64,000 nt of DNA from Acidobacteriota bacterium (GTDB taxonomy: Bacteria > Acidobacteriota > Thermoanaerobaculia > Multivoradales > J023), in contig JAJCXO010000206.1 in NCBI GenBank assembly GCA_029263395.1, positions 690-64,689 on the forward strand, read 5' to 3'. The notes under the pieces were generated by a model. The model did no database searches. It was not told the DNA's origin and worked only from the letters and a program-made list of their open reading frames with translations. Positions 27,301 to 36,021 of this stretch are shown in pieces. Every line of letters starts with the position of its first letter. Position 1 is the first letter of the stretch. Made by a program: the position numbers and the translations under genes.

Positions 27301-29124
27301 AAAAGCATCGTAACCATGGGTGGTGGTTTTGACGTTGGGGAAGCCGGCCGTCGACGGCTGTTCTATGGTGGCGACGAAGGCTGGAAAGGTGGGGTTGTAG
27401 GTCCAGATAGTTTCCCGTTCGAGCGTTGAGCCGAAGGCTTCGATGCGACTCGTCAATCGACCGTTGCCATCGTAGGCAAACTTGGTGACGTGGCCACGAC
27501 CATCGGTCTCTTGCGTCACGCGATAGGGGTTGACCGAATCTTCGTAGGCAAGCTGACTGTTGGGACCGACACCGCACGCCGGACAGTCGCCGTTGACTTG
27601 CACAACTCTCGGTTTGCGCTCCACCACATCACGGCCGTCCCAGATCGTCGTCGAAACGGTACCGAGAGGATCGGTGATGGTGGTGACGGTAGGTAACACC
27701 GGGTTGTCGAAGACGAAGGACCACTGGTCAACGCCGTCTTCGAACGTCGCCGCGCCGCGCCACAGTTTGACGACATTCCCCTCGGCGTCGTACTCCCAGG
27801 CGGCGGTGATGCGTTCACTCGTGCCATCGGTGCCGATGAGGGTGGCTCGGGTCATGTAGCCAGCGTTGGCGGGGTCGTCATATAGATACTCGATGGCAGT
27901 GCCATCGGGGCGGTCGAGGCGGGTCAAATCGCCGCTGGTCCAGGTGTAGGACCAAACGCGAGTGGTGGTGTCATCGACGCCAACCTCGGTGATCGACGCG
28001 AGCATGCCGCCGACGTCGTAGCCGAAGTCCTCGCGACGACCATCGGGGAAGCTCACCGAAGTGAGTAGCTGGCCGGTGTACGAAGCGACGGTGGTATTGC
28101 CGGTGCGATCAGCTCGTTGCAGCCAGAAACCCATGGTGTCGAACGTGTCAACGGTGCCGTCTAGATCCGTCAACGTCCAGCCACTGGCGGTGGGCGCTAG
28201 GCTACGGTATTCGTCACCCGGAAAGACCAGCTCATAGATGTCGTCCCCGTCATCGTCAATGAAGGTGCGGTAGACAGCGGTGTCGGTCACCAGATACACG
28301 CGACTGGCATGAGGGGCGGGATCGTCGTCTTCGAATAGACGCATGGCATAACTGTGGGACCAGAAGCGCCCCAACCCTGGAGCGGGACTGCCTGGTAGGT
28401 CATCGCGACCCACGCTGCCAGCTTTGTAGCGCAAGAACGCACCAGGACCGGTGCCGATGCCGCCGCCATGGCCTCCGCCACCAGCCGCCGAGGCACCACC
28501 GCCGCCAGCGCCGCTGCCGGTGGTACGACAGGCCAGGCAGTTCTCGTCACAGTCGTCCTCAGGTGGCCTCGGGCACACTGCCGGGTCAATGGCACCATCG
28601 GTCAGATCCACAAACATCGAACGATTCTGTTCGCAACCCCCGACCCCGTCGCAAACCGTGATGTGGAGCTCGTAAACTTGGCCACCACCGCTGTCGCCAC
28701 AAGTGAAGGATCGCTCGATCCAGGTCTCACCCTCATCCACTTGGATACGTGCTCCAAAGTTGCCACACGCGCCGACAAAGTTGTTATCGGCATCTTCCCA
28801 CAGCAGCTTCGCCGGGCTGTCGATGAAGCCGATCCCGGTACTATTGTTGTGGTTGCCCGGGAACTCCATCGGCACCACCGCCCGCACCGTGCACGTTGCC
28901 TCCGTCGGATCGCAGCCTGGTGGCAGGATACGGTAGTCGACGGCGGACACCGTCGGCGGGTGGCACCAAAACAGATTCTGACAGTTACGGGACGCGTTGA
29001 TCGTCGCACCACCGGCCGCGAACCCGATCGCCGGGCTGCCGACACAAACCTGCGCTTGTAGAGGGGACGCGGTGAGCATCCACGTTCCCAGCAACATCCA
29101 AGACCCTCGAAGAAACCAACGCAT
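24367..29124 (-). CDS. Rhs/YD-repeat polymorphic toxin with Sec signal peptide
   Basis: GGAGG RBS before ATG 29124, signal peptide, many YD repeats, DHLGTP, LRFPGQW, YNVHRWY..GRFSRPDP, PLNGTDPLGL core end. Confidence 0.93.
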   Translation of the reverse strand: MRWFLRGSWMLLGTWMLTASPLQAQVCVGSPAIGFAAGGATINASRNCQNLFWCHPPTVSAVDYRILPPGCDPTEATCTVRAVVPMEFPGNHNNSTGIGFIDSPAKLLWEDADNNFVGACGNFGARIQVDEGETWIERSFTCGDSGGGQVYELHITVCDGVGGCEQNRSMFVDLTDGAIDPAVCPRPPEDDCDENCLACRTTGSGAGGGGASAAGGGGHGGGIGTGPGAFLRYKAGSVGRDDLPGSPAPGLGRFWSHSYAMRLFEDDDPAPHASRVYLVTDTAVYRTFIDDDGDDIYELVFPGDEYRSLAPTASGWTLTDLDGTVDTFDTMGFWLQRADRTGNTTVASYTGQLLTSVSFPDGRREDFGYDVGGMLASITEVGVDDTTTRVWSYTWTSGDLTRLDRPDGTAIEYLYDDPANAGYMTRATLIGTDGTSERITAAWEYDAEGNVVKLWRGAATFEDGVDQWSFVFDNPVLPTVTTITDPLGTVSTTIWDGRDVVERKPRVVQVNGDCPACGVGPNSQLAYEDSVNPYRVTQETDGRGHVTKFAYDGNGRLTSRIEAFGSTLERETIWTYNPTFPAFVATIEQPSTAGFPNVKTTTHGYDAFGNRTSQMFDGFEAGAAFSYETVSVYNTGGQITSVDPPGYGTNDQTTFAYDVTRGNGFLVPLSRTDPLIGATLFGNDPFNRRTSVTDPNGVVTETQFDALDRIRFIIQRGSTPADDLVTERRYNVFGDLFQTVLPEGNVIEYGYDAVGRLVSIERKADDQATNHTERVVYTLDGAGNRVLEAQERWTGTEWEKRSQTAFQFDNRCQLAKLTQGFNSDEAITEYAHDCEGNIERIWDANHPSNGQINPASTVYTYDALDRLSAVSQPWGGEGGGTTTVSYGYDIQDHLAQVTDGEGGVTTYVTSDRDLMTMEASEVSGITTQTYNEHGEATSRTDARGIVMTRTIDALDRVTLQDYPGTALDVIYTYDDAAVAFSLGRLTRIHRDGHSVDYGYDRFGRMLQDGDLSYGYDKNSNRTTIGYPGGVSTTATYDEVDRQATMALQRPGLPELGIVTASSYEPAGPLASLALGNGVIETRNYDTRYFPASIQAGALFDWQYATDAVGNITGISDALNMANDRAYAYQDVQYYLTQGDGPWGDLAWTYDQIGNRLTETRDTVVDTYTYVANAAMGNSARLGSITLGAGGTHTFSYDAAGNQTQLDVAGNIIDRDYDAASRMERQERTVASASSDLLYDGRGFLRRSTGIVPDAASGIFCDGFESGDTSIWGSAGPCPPTTSLDFSEPTYDSDGRLHRIFRPGEASYVLYFAGRPVAQFDTGGTLLYLTTDHLGTPALAMDTSGTVVWEGGFEPFGADYAGASAAGVFLRFPGQWNDATWAESGAGGEVVYNVHRWYQPSNGRFSRPDPIYNPLREAHYSYVFNRPLNGTDPLGLVALFVKPAIDHPVSFDDMRNNFCKAGGTFVLGCTKVLFSVDCKCECSGERYRARVTIKAGFDVYYPVGTGYSPEKIRNEEYKHVNTSTRYLQNLAGSAAGLERARYRRKSVCEKDCKALYQIGLSGLRFRSFLVDLTHPSPLFMGRSGDG

Positions 29125-29440
29125 AGCAACCTCCACATATATGGTAACCCTAAACGGCCCCCGCAGCCAGCTAGCGCCCATCGGGCTCCGACTGGTTGGG
29201 CTCACTCAGACCTGGGCGCAGTTGTCCCTGTGCAACCCTGGTTGAAAACCCCTATCCCGACCGCACTTGCGGCCTACCCGCCATCAAGCCAGCAAAGTGG
29301 CCCCCCGGCGAATGCGCCGAGTTGCCCAGAGAAGACGATGAACCCCTCGCTGCTTAGCGGCCAAGCGTTTAGCGGTTGAGAGAGCTTTCTCCGGCCTTTC
29401 GAGGACCAACGGGAGTTGACTGCCGCCATCAACTTCACGG

Positions 29441-29677
29441 CTTGATTTCTACAAGTCAACACGGTCACGGCCACCTTGTCAACTTGAGATTCACAGGCCA
29501 ACAAGGTCACCGCCAACTTGCTGACATGGGATTCCCAAGTTGGCAAGTCTGAAATCACATTGTTGACTTAGTATTTACAAGCCAACAAGGTGACGAAGAC
29601 TTTGCTGACTTGAAACTTTCAAGCCTACAGCTCCAATCTCACCTTGCTATCTTGAACACATCAAGACGGCAAGTTCG
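29441..29677. repeat. Degenerate tandem repeat with 42-bp period (about 5.5 units)
   Basis: Units start at 29441, 29483, 29525, 29567, 29609, 29651 (CTTGA...CAAG.CAAC...TTG.TGA). Confidence 0.8.
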
Positions 29678-29712
29678 TGGCACCAGAACCGGCCGTTCTC
29701 CGCAAGGGCCCT

Positions 29713-30420
29713 TCAGGTTTTGCCTGCGAGTCTCCGCGCCAGCCCTTCCTCCCCCAAACGCTTCCGCTCTTTCTCCATACGCTCGTTCATGGGCTTGACC
29801 CTGCGGTGGTAGTCACGGAGAGCCCTGACACGATTGCCACACTTTGGGCCGCACCACTTGCGAGGGCTACCCGAAGTGCGGTCGACAAACATCACATCGC
29901 AACCTTCCGCGGCGCATACGCGGACTTTGTGACTAGCCGTTTTCGATAGCAGGTCGGCCGCGCAGCTCACCACCGGCCACAACATGCGATCCAAGTCGTG
30001 GCCATCGCGGTTGCCCCACACCCACAGGCAACGGCTACCGGTTTTTGTCGAAGGACCGCTGGCTTCGGTCAAGCGGCGGGCAGAGAATGCGATCGTCAGC
30101 TCGAGGTTGAGCGCCTCGAGGTCGGCGACGGGAAGACTTTGGCGACCGGCAACGGCCAAGAGCATGCGCCGCAGGTTATGCCGCAGATCGAGGCCTCGTT
30201 GCAGGACCTCAGCAGCGGTGTCGGCACGTTCAACCGCCATCCGCTCCAAGCGCTCGCGGTCACTGCCCACGAGCACCCCGCTAGCCACACCCCAGGACAC
30301 CAACTCACGATAGGTCTCAAACGAGCGCCGCTGCGTTGTGAGGGTGTTGACGAAGTAGATACACAGCGCCCCGTCTCGGCGCACCGGCCCGGGCTGGTCT
30401 CTGTGTTTACGCTCCTTCAC
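29713..30420 (-). CDS. ABATE domain / CGNR zinc-finger protein
   Basis: LCIYFVNT, C-terminal CAAEGC..FVDRT...RKWC..KCGNR. Confidence 0.88.
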   Translation of the reverse strand: MKERKHRDQPGPVRRDGALCIYFVNTLTTQRRSFETYRELVSWGVASGVLVGSDRERLERMAVERADTAAEVLQRGLDLRHNLRRMLLAVAGRQSLPVADLEALNLELTIAFSARRLTEASGPSTKTGSRCLWVWGNRDGHDLDRMLWPVVSCAADLLSKTASHKVRVCAAEGCDVMFVDRTSGSPRKWCGPKCGNRVRALRDYHRRVKPMNERMEKERKRLGEEGLARRLAGKT

Positions 30421-30452
30421 GCTGAGAACCTTTCAGTCTGATTGGGAGGACC

Positions 30453-32114
30453 TCAGGTTTGCATCACCCCGGTCCGAAACGGCGGGATGTCAGGATTGGT
30501 CGCAGCGCAGGCCAAGGACCTGGACAGCACACTGCGCGTTTTGGCGGGATCGATGATGGCATCAACCCACAGCCGAGCGGCAGCAAACCTTGGATCCATG
30601 GCCGCCGCGTAGCGCGCTTGAATACGCTCGAGCAACTCGGCCTTCTCTTCCTCGGACACCGCGTCGCCACGGTTCTTGAGCTGGATCGAAAGCAATGTCT
30701 TGGACGCCTGGGCGCCACCCATGACCGAGATCGCAGCCGACGGCCAGGCGTAGACGAACCGGGCGCCGTAGGCTTTGCCGCACATCGCGTAGTTGCCGGC
30801 CCCATAAGAATTGCCGGTGAAGACGGTGATCTTGGGCACCACCGAGTTGGATACCGCGTTGACCATTTTGGCGCCGTTTTTGATGATGCCTCGGCGCTCG
30901 GCTCGGCTGCCGACCATGAAACCCGTCACGTCCTGCAAGAAGATCAACGGGATCTTCTTCTGATTGCACAACTCGACGAATCGTGCCCCTTTGTCTGCCG
31001 AGTCCGGGTAGATCACACCGCCGATTTGCATCTCTTGATCGCGGGGCTCTGTGCCGGTCCTGCGTCGCACAACCGACCGTTGATTGGCAACAATACCGAC
31101 CGCCCAGCCGTCGAGCCAGCCGGTACCGCAGATCAACGATTGGCCGTAGGTCTCCTTGAACTCGTCGAACTCACTGTTGTCGAGCAGGCGGGCCAAGACG
31201 TTGCGAACGTCGTACGGCTTGGCACGATCCACCGGCATCACGCCATGGAGCTCGTCTTCTGGGTAGCGCGGTGGGGCCGGCTCCCGGCGGGCGAACGGCG
31301 CCTGTTCGGCCGCCGCCAACTGAGCAAACTGAGAACGGATCTTGGCCAGGCAGGTTGCATCGTCTGGATGGCGATGATCCACCACACCCGAGATATCGGC
31401 TTGCACCACGGCGCCGCCGAGTTCCTGGTTGTCGATCTGTTCACCAATCGCCGCTTTCACCAGATGGGAACCGGCAAGGAAAATGGAGCCTGTGCCTTCC
31501 ACGATGTGCGACTCGTCGCTCATGATCGGCAAGTAGGCACCGCCGGCAACACACGAGCCCATGATCGCCGCCATCTGAAAGACCCCCTCGGCGGATAGCC
31601 GAGCGTTGTTGTAGAACACGCGCCCAAAATGATCCCGGTCGGCAAAGATCTCCTCTTGCATGGGCAAGAAGACGCCGGCCGAATCCACCAGGTAGACGAT
31701 CGGCAAGCGATTCTCGAGTGCCATCTCTTGCGCTCGCAGGATCTTCTTACAAGTGATCGGAAACCATGCCCCGGCTTTGACCGTCGCATCGTTGGCAACC
31801 ACCAAAACCTCGCGGCCATGAATCTTGCCGGTACCGGTCACCACTCCGCCGGCCGGTGCGCCACCATGCTCGGCATACATCCCGTGGCCGACCCACAATC
31901 CCCACTCTAAGAAGCTGCCGGGATCGCACAGTGTTTCGACCCGTTCACGGGCCAACATCTTGCCCTTATTGCGTTGCTTTTCTTGGCGTTTCGGACCGCC
32001 ACCGGCACGGATTGTTTGTTCCGCCTCTGCCAGGTGCTCGAGCTCGCCTCGCCAATGTTCTAGCCGGCGATCAAAGCTCTCGTTGCGTCGCAGCTGATCT
32101 TCGAGAATGGTCAC
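30453..32114 (-). CDS. Acyl-CoA carboxylase carboxyltransferase subunit (methylcrotonyl-CoA carboxylase beta-like)
   Basis: ANDATVKAG, LVDSAGVFLP, GSCVAGGAY, QDVTGFMVG, SYGAGNYAMCG. Confidence 0.92.
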   Translation of the reverse strand: MTILEDQLRRNESFDRRLEHWRGELEHLAEAEQTIRAGGGPKRQEKQRNKGKMLARERVETLCDPGSFLEWGLWVGHGMYAEHGGAPAGGVVTGTGKIHGREVLVVANDATVKAGAWFPITCKKILRAQEMALENRLPIVYLVDSAGVFLPMQEEIFADRDHFGRVFYNNARLSAEGVFQMAAIMGSCVAGGAYLPIMSDESHIVEGTGSIFLAGSHLVKAAIGEQIDNQELGGAVVQADISGVVDHRHPDDATCLAKIRSQFAQLAAAEQAPFARREPAPPRYPEDELHGVMPVDRAKPYDVRNVLARLLDNSEFDEFKETYGQSLICGTGWLDGWAVGIVANQRSVVRRRTGTEPRDQEMQIGGVIYPDSADKGARFVELCNQKKIPLIFLQDVTGFMVGSRAERRGIIKNGAKMVNAVSNSVVPKITVFTGNSYGAGNYAMCGKAYGARFVYAWPSAAISVMGGAQASKTLLSIQLKNRGDAVSEEEKAELLERIQARYAAAMDPRFAAARLWVDAIIDPAKTRSVLSRSLACAATNPDIPPFRTGVMQT

Positions 32115-32216
32115 GTCTCACTCCTTCTGGGGCATCTCTTCTTGGATACGGCTCGACGCTTCCTGCCGATCCCTCCAATTACAAGGTTACAGAGGTTTTG
32201 CCTGCGCCAGCCTCAT

Positions 32217-32633
32217 CTACGGTTCCTGCCAGTCCTCGAGAGCGAGGTCAACGATACGGCTGAATTCTCGGGTATTGTGTGTGACCAGAGTAGCCTTATG
32301 CCGCACAGCAATCGCGGCAATGATCAAGTCATTCGGCCCGATTGGCTCTCCCGCTGCGGCCAAATTGGCCCGTACCTGCCCATAAGTATCAACGGCCTCG
32401 TCGTCAAATGGTAGAACAAGGAATTGTTCGAAGAAGGAGCCAAGAAGTGCGAGGTTACTTTCCACCCTTGCACTCCGATATGCCCCATAAAGGAGTTCTG
32501 CCTTGACAATCTGGCAAAGGGCCACCCTCTGTCTTGGCTGGGTCGAAAGTTTGCGAGCCACCCCAGAGATGCTGTCGTTCAAGACAGCGATACATGCATT
32601 CGTGTCGAGCAAGTAGGGAGACTGAATCGTCAT
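32217..32633 (-). CDS. vapC: VapC PIN-domain toxin
   Basis: YLLDTNAC, AELLYGA, IGPNDLIIAAIA, LVTHNTREFSR. Confidence 0.93.
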   Translation of the reverse strand: MTIQSPYLLDTNACIAVLNDSISGVARKLSTQPRQRVALCQIVKAELLYGAYRSARVESNLALLGSFFEQFLVLPFDDEAVDTYGQVRANLAAAGEPIGPNDLIIAAIAVRHKATLVTHNTREFSRIVDLALEDWQEP

Positions 32634-32788
32634 ACCTCACTCCTTCTGAAACGATCTTCGTGCTACCAGTAGTCGGTACCTGCGACAGGCTCCGAGGTGC
32701 ATAGTGCTTGCGTCGAGCGGATGCTAGCATCCTGCTCCCTGAAGATCCGAATCATTGCCTTCGCAACGGTGAGCGCTTTTCTGGGCAA
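32624..32788. repeat. Decayed duplicate of the carboxylase start/RBS (32105-32129) and of the moaD promoter and 5' end (33167-33254)
   Basis: 32624-32648 matches 32105-32129 at 21/25 nt; 32700-32788 matches 33167-33254 at about 80% with one indel removing the ATG. Confidence 0.85.
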
Positions 32789-32872
32789 GGGTCGATCCCT
32801 GATGACTGCAGCTGGGTGCGACTAGTGGACCGATTTAGCTATACTCGCTAGGATGATTCGCCGAGGAGCACT

Positions 32873-33124
32873 ATGAACAGTATTCAGTTGAAGACCAGAG
32901 TCGGGGCAGACGGGGTCCTCAAACTGGAGGTCCCCGTAGAAGTCACGGAGACAGATCTTGATGTCCTCGTCGTCTTTCAGCCGCTGACTCAGAGACCGAC
33001 AGCCGCCCCTGACAAGCTCGGCTGGCCGACTGGTTTCTTCGAAAGAGTCGCCGGGGGATGGCAGGGCGAGCCCTTGGAGCGAGCTTCCCAAGGCGTCTTC
33101 GAGAACCGCACCAAGCTGAGATAA
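32873..33124 (+). CDS. Probable VapB-type antitoxin
   Basis: GAGGAG RBS; MNSIQLKTRVGADGVLKLEVP...GWPTGFFERVAGGWQGEPLER resembles small proteins usually encoded upstream of PIN toxins. Confidence 0.65.
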   Translation: MNSIQLKTRVGADGVLKLEVPVEVTETDLDVLVVFQPLTQRPTAAPDKLGWPTGFFERVAGGWQGEPLERASQGVFENRTKLR

Positions 33125-33204
33125 CCTCGATCCTCGCGGACGGGCTTGTCTGTGAGTCCTGGATGACATGGTGCCTGTGCCAAGTGGATGCTAGCATCCT
33201 GCTC

Positions 33205-33903
33205 ATGAACATCCGAATCATTGCGTTTGCGACGGCGAGCGACATTCTGGGCAAAGAGCCCGTCGAGATTGTGATACCCGACGCCAGCCGCTTGAATGAT
33301 CTGCAGCGTGAGTTGGTGACGCGGTACCCTGAGCTCGACAAATTGTGGCCGCGGCTAGCGGTAGCGGTCGACGGTGAGCTGGTGCGCGACGACCGGGAGC
33401 TCCCCGACGGTTGCGAGATTGCGTTGCTGCCCCCGGTCTCAGGCGGGTCCGGTGGAACCGGCGGCCGCACCGGCTTGACAGACGATGTGATCGACATTGC
33501 TGCGGTTGAACACTCAGTCACCGATCCAAGCTGCGGTGCCGTGCTGCTGTTCCTGGGCAACGTCCGTGATCACCATGCCGGTCGCCAGGTGGCACGCCTG
33601 GCTTACAGCGCCTACCGGCTGATGGCCGCCAAGACCCTGGCACGGATCGCTGCCGAGCTCGAGGCTGAAAGTGCCGAGCGGGGCGTGCGGATGAACGTCG
33701 CGATCGTTCATCGCCTGGGTGAAGTCCCGGTCGGCGAAGCAAGCGTCGTCATCGCCGTGTCTTCACCCCATCGCGACGCCGCCTACCAGACCAGTCGCGA
33801 AGCCCTCGAACGGCTCAAACGCGAAGTGCCGATCTGGAAACGGGAGCACTACGCTGACGGCGAAACTGTCTGGCGAGAAGAAGAGTCGTTGGCCGCAAGT
33901 TGA
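33205..33903 (+). CDS. moaE: Fused molybdopterin synthase MoaD-MoaE (MoaX-like)
   Basis: Ubiquitin-like MoaD ending LLPPVSGG, then MoaE (CGAVLLFLGNVR, HRLGEV, SSPHR, LKREVPIWKRE) in one frame. Confidence 0.9.
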   Translation: MNIRIIAFATASDILGKEPVEIVIPDASRLNDLQRELVTRYPELDKLWPRLAVAVDGELVRDDRELPDGCEIALLPPVSGGSGGTGGRTGLTDDVIDIAAVEHSVTDPSCGAVLLFLGNVRDHHAGRQVARLAYSAYRLMAAKTLARIAAELEAESAERGVRMNVAIVHRLGEVPVGEASVVIAVSSPHRDAAYQTSREALERLKREVPIWKREHYADGETVWREEESLAAS

Positions 33904-33915
33904 CGGCCAGACGGC

Positions 33916-35148
33916 CTACCGTCTGTGGTGTCGAATCAGTCCCACGAAGGGGACCAACGAGATGCCAGCTCCGACCAGCGCCAACCCGTCGAACGACCAG
34001 GCTGACATCATGAATCCAGAAGCGAGCGCAGCAAGCCCACCGCTCGCCCAGGTCATCGAGTCGGCCAAACCTTGCAGGCGTAGCCGGTCACCCAGCGCCA
34101 ACCCTTCCTGCAGCGCCGAACTCGCTGAGACGAAACCGAAGTTCCAACCCACCCCGAGCAGGAATAACGAGACGGTCAACGGCAAAGCCTGTGCCTCGCC
34201 AGCAACCGCACTCAGCAGCGACGACAGCGCCAGGAGCAGGCTACCGGCGGCGATCATGCGATGTGGACCAAAGCGATCCACCAGGTAGCCGGTGAGCGGC
34301 GCAATGGCAAACATGCCCAACGTATGGGACATCATCACACCGCTGACCAAGCCAAGGCCGTGATGGTGGCCGCTGATATGCAGCGGTGTCATGGTCATGA
34401 CCAAAATCATCACGAACTGCGAAATCATCAGCACCAGCAAGGACAACTGAGCGGTGGGATGTCGCACCAATTGCCACAGCGAGGACTGCCGGGCGACGCC
34501 GGAGGTCTCAACGCCATCGGCGATCGGCACCACTTCCGGAACGTTCGCCAGTGTCAAGGGCTCGGGCCGAAGCATGACGAAGTACCACAGGGCAGCCAGA
34601 GCGAACCCCGCTCCGCTGATGGCGAAGGGTCCCGCCAACTCGGCACCGAGGTAGGCAGCTCCGAGCCGGCTGGCCGGCACGATGAGTAACGGCCCGGCAA
34701 CCGAGCCGATGGTCGCCGCCCAGACCACAAACCCAATAGCCGATGCCCGCCGATCGTCGGACCATAGATCCCCTGCCGCGAACCGCGCCAGCTGACTCAC
34801 GCTGCGGCCGAATCCCATGATCAGCATGGCAGCAAGCAACACTCCGTAGCTCGCCATCCACAACGAGCTCACGCCGATCGCACCACCCGCCGCAGAAATA
34901 GTAAAACCGAGACAGAATGCGGTACGGCGCCCCGAGCGCCGGCTCAAAGCAGTGAGCACGGACGCCCCTAATGCCGAGCCCACGGTACCCAAGGCACTGG
35001 GTAATCCGGCCCACTGAGTTGACCCCGTCAGCCCCTCAGCAGCGATAGACACCACCGAAATTGCCGCCAAGAAAGCGGTGGACGCCAACGCGTTGCCGAT
35101 GAAGAGGGCGCCGGTCAAGCGACGCCGCTGCCGGTCTTGTAGCTTCAT
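33916..35148 (-). CDS. MFS transporter
   Basis: About 12 TM helices, RRSGRR and GYLVDRFG motifs. Confidence 0.88.
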   Translation of the reverse strand: MKLQDRQRRRLTGALFIGNALASTAFLAAISVVSIAAEGLTGSTQWAGLPSALGTVGSALGASVLTALSRRSGRRTAFCLGFTISAAGGAIGVSSLWMASYGVLLAAMLIMGFGRSVSQLARFAAGDLWSDDRRASAIGFVVWAATIGSVAGPLLIVPASRLGAAYLGAELAGPFAISGAGFALAALWYFVMLRPEPLTLANVPEVVPIADGVETSGVARQSSLWQLVRHPTAQLSLLVLMISQFVMILVMTMTPLHISGHHHGLGLVSGVMMSHTLGMFAIAPLTGYLVDRFGPHRMIAAGSLLLALSSLLSAVAGEAQALPLTVSLFLLGVGWNFGFVSASSALQEGLALGDRLRLQGLADSMTWASGGLAALASGFMMSAWSFDGLALVGAGISLVPFVGLIRHHRR

Positions 35149-35963
35149 CCGCGGATTGTAGTCGGGAGCTGGATGCCGCCCGTCAGCAAGTCCCGCAAGG
35201 GTTCCCACAAGGCCGGCGGTGCCGCGAGCAAACGAGGGGGTCCCACCGACGGTTCGAGAGCCTCGACCCGCGCGCCAGCCTCTCGCATGATCACGCGTCC
35301 AGCCGCCAAATCTTGCGGCTTGGTATAACCGGTGAGGTCGACGTAAGCGTCGAACGCACCGCTAGCCAACCAACAAGCTGCCAGGGAACCGAGCCCGAGG
35401 GCGCGGATCCGGTAGACGCGGCGCGTCAGCTCGAGCAACCGACCCTCGAACCATGCACGCTCCGCCGCCGACAACGCATGGGTCTGCGGCGTGTCGACAT
35501 TGATGATCACCCGTGACATCTCAACAACCGCCGAACCCGTCAGCCGTTCGTCGTCGACAAAAGCACCGCCACCATCAAAGGCGTGGAAACAACGGTTCGC
35601 CGCCGCATCGTAGACCACCCCCAACACTGGACGATCGCGATACAGCAAACCCACCGACAGCGAGAACAAGCTTGCCTGGGCGGCATAATACTTCGTGCCA
35701 TCGATCGGATCGATCAACCACTGATATTCGGCATCAGCCTGGTCGGCGCCGGTCTCCTCACCGCTCAGGCCATGGCCAGGAAAGCGGTCCGCCAGGGCCG
35801 CCTTCAGATGCTGCTCGACCTCGACATCAACACTGGTCGCAAAATCGCGACGATCCTTGGCTTGGGCGGGGACAGCCGACCGCCAACGGTCGATCACCAA
35901 GGCTCCTTGCGCTTCCACCAACGAACGAACGAAATGCGTTGCGTCTGCGAGGTCGAGATTCAT
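35145..35963 (-). CDS. Inositol monophosphatase family protein
   Basis: GEE, WLIDPIDGT, DLAAG..I.REAG. Confidence 0.9.
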   Translation of the reverse strand: MNLDLADATHFVRSLVEAQGALVIDRWRSAVPAQAKDRRDFATSVDVEVEQHLKAALADRFPGHGLSGEETGADQADAEYQWLIDPIDGTKYYAAQASLFSLSVGLLYRDRPVLGVVYDAAANRCFHAFDGGGAFVDDERLTGSAVVEMSRVIINVDTPQTHALSAAERAWFEGRLLELTRRVYRIRALGLGSLAACWLASGAFDAYVDLTGYTKPQDLAAGRVIMREAGARVEALEPSVGPPRLLAAPPALWEPLRDLLTGGIQLPTTIRG

Positions 35964-36021
35964 GGTCCAAGCCTAAGTATTGGAACACCTACTTCCGTCA
36001 AACGCACAGCCGCCGGCCGAT

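Noticed and set aside
29441-29677. CRISPR array
   Set aside because: Contiguous degenerate units without conserved repeat and unique spacer alternation; no cas genes in the window
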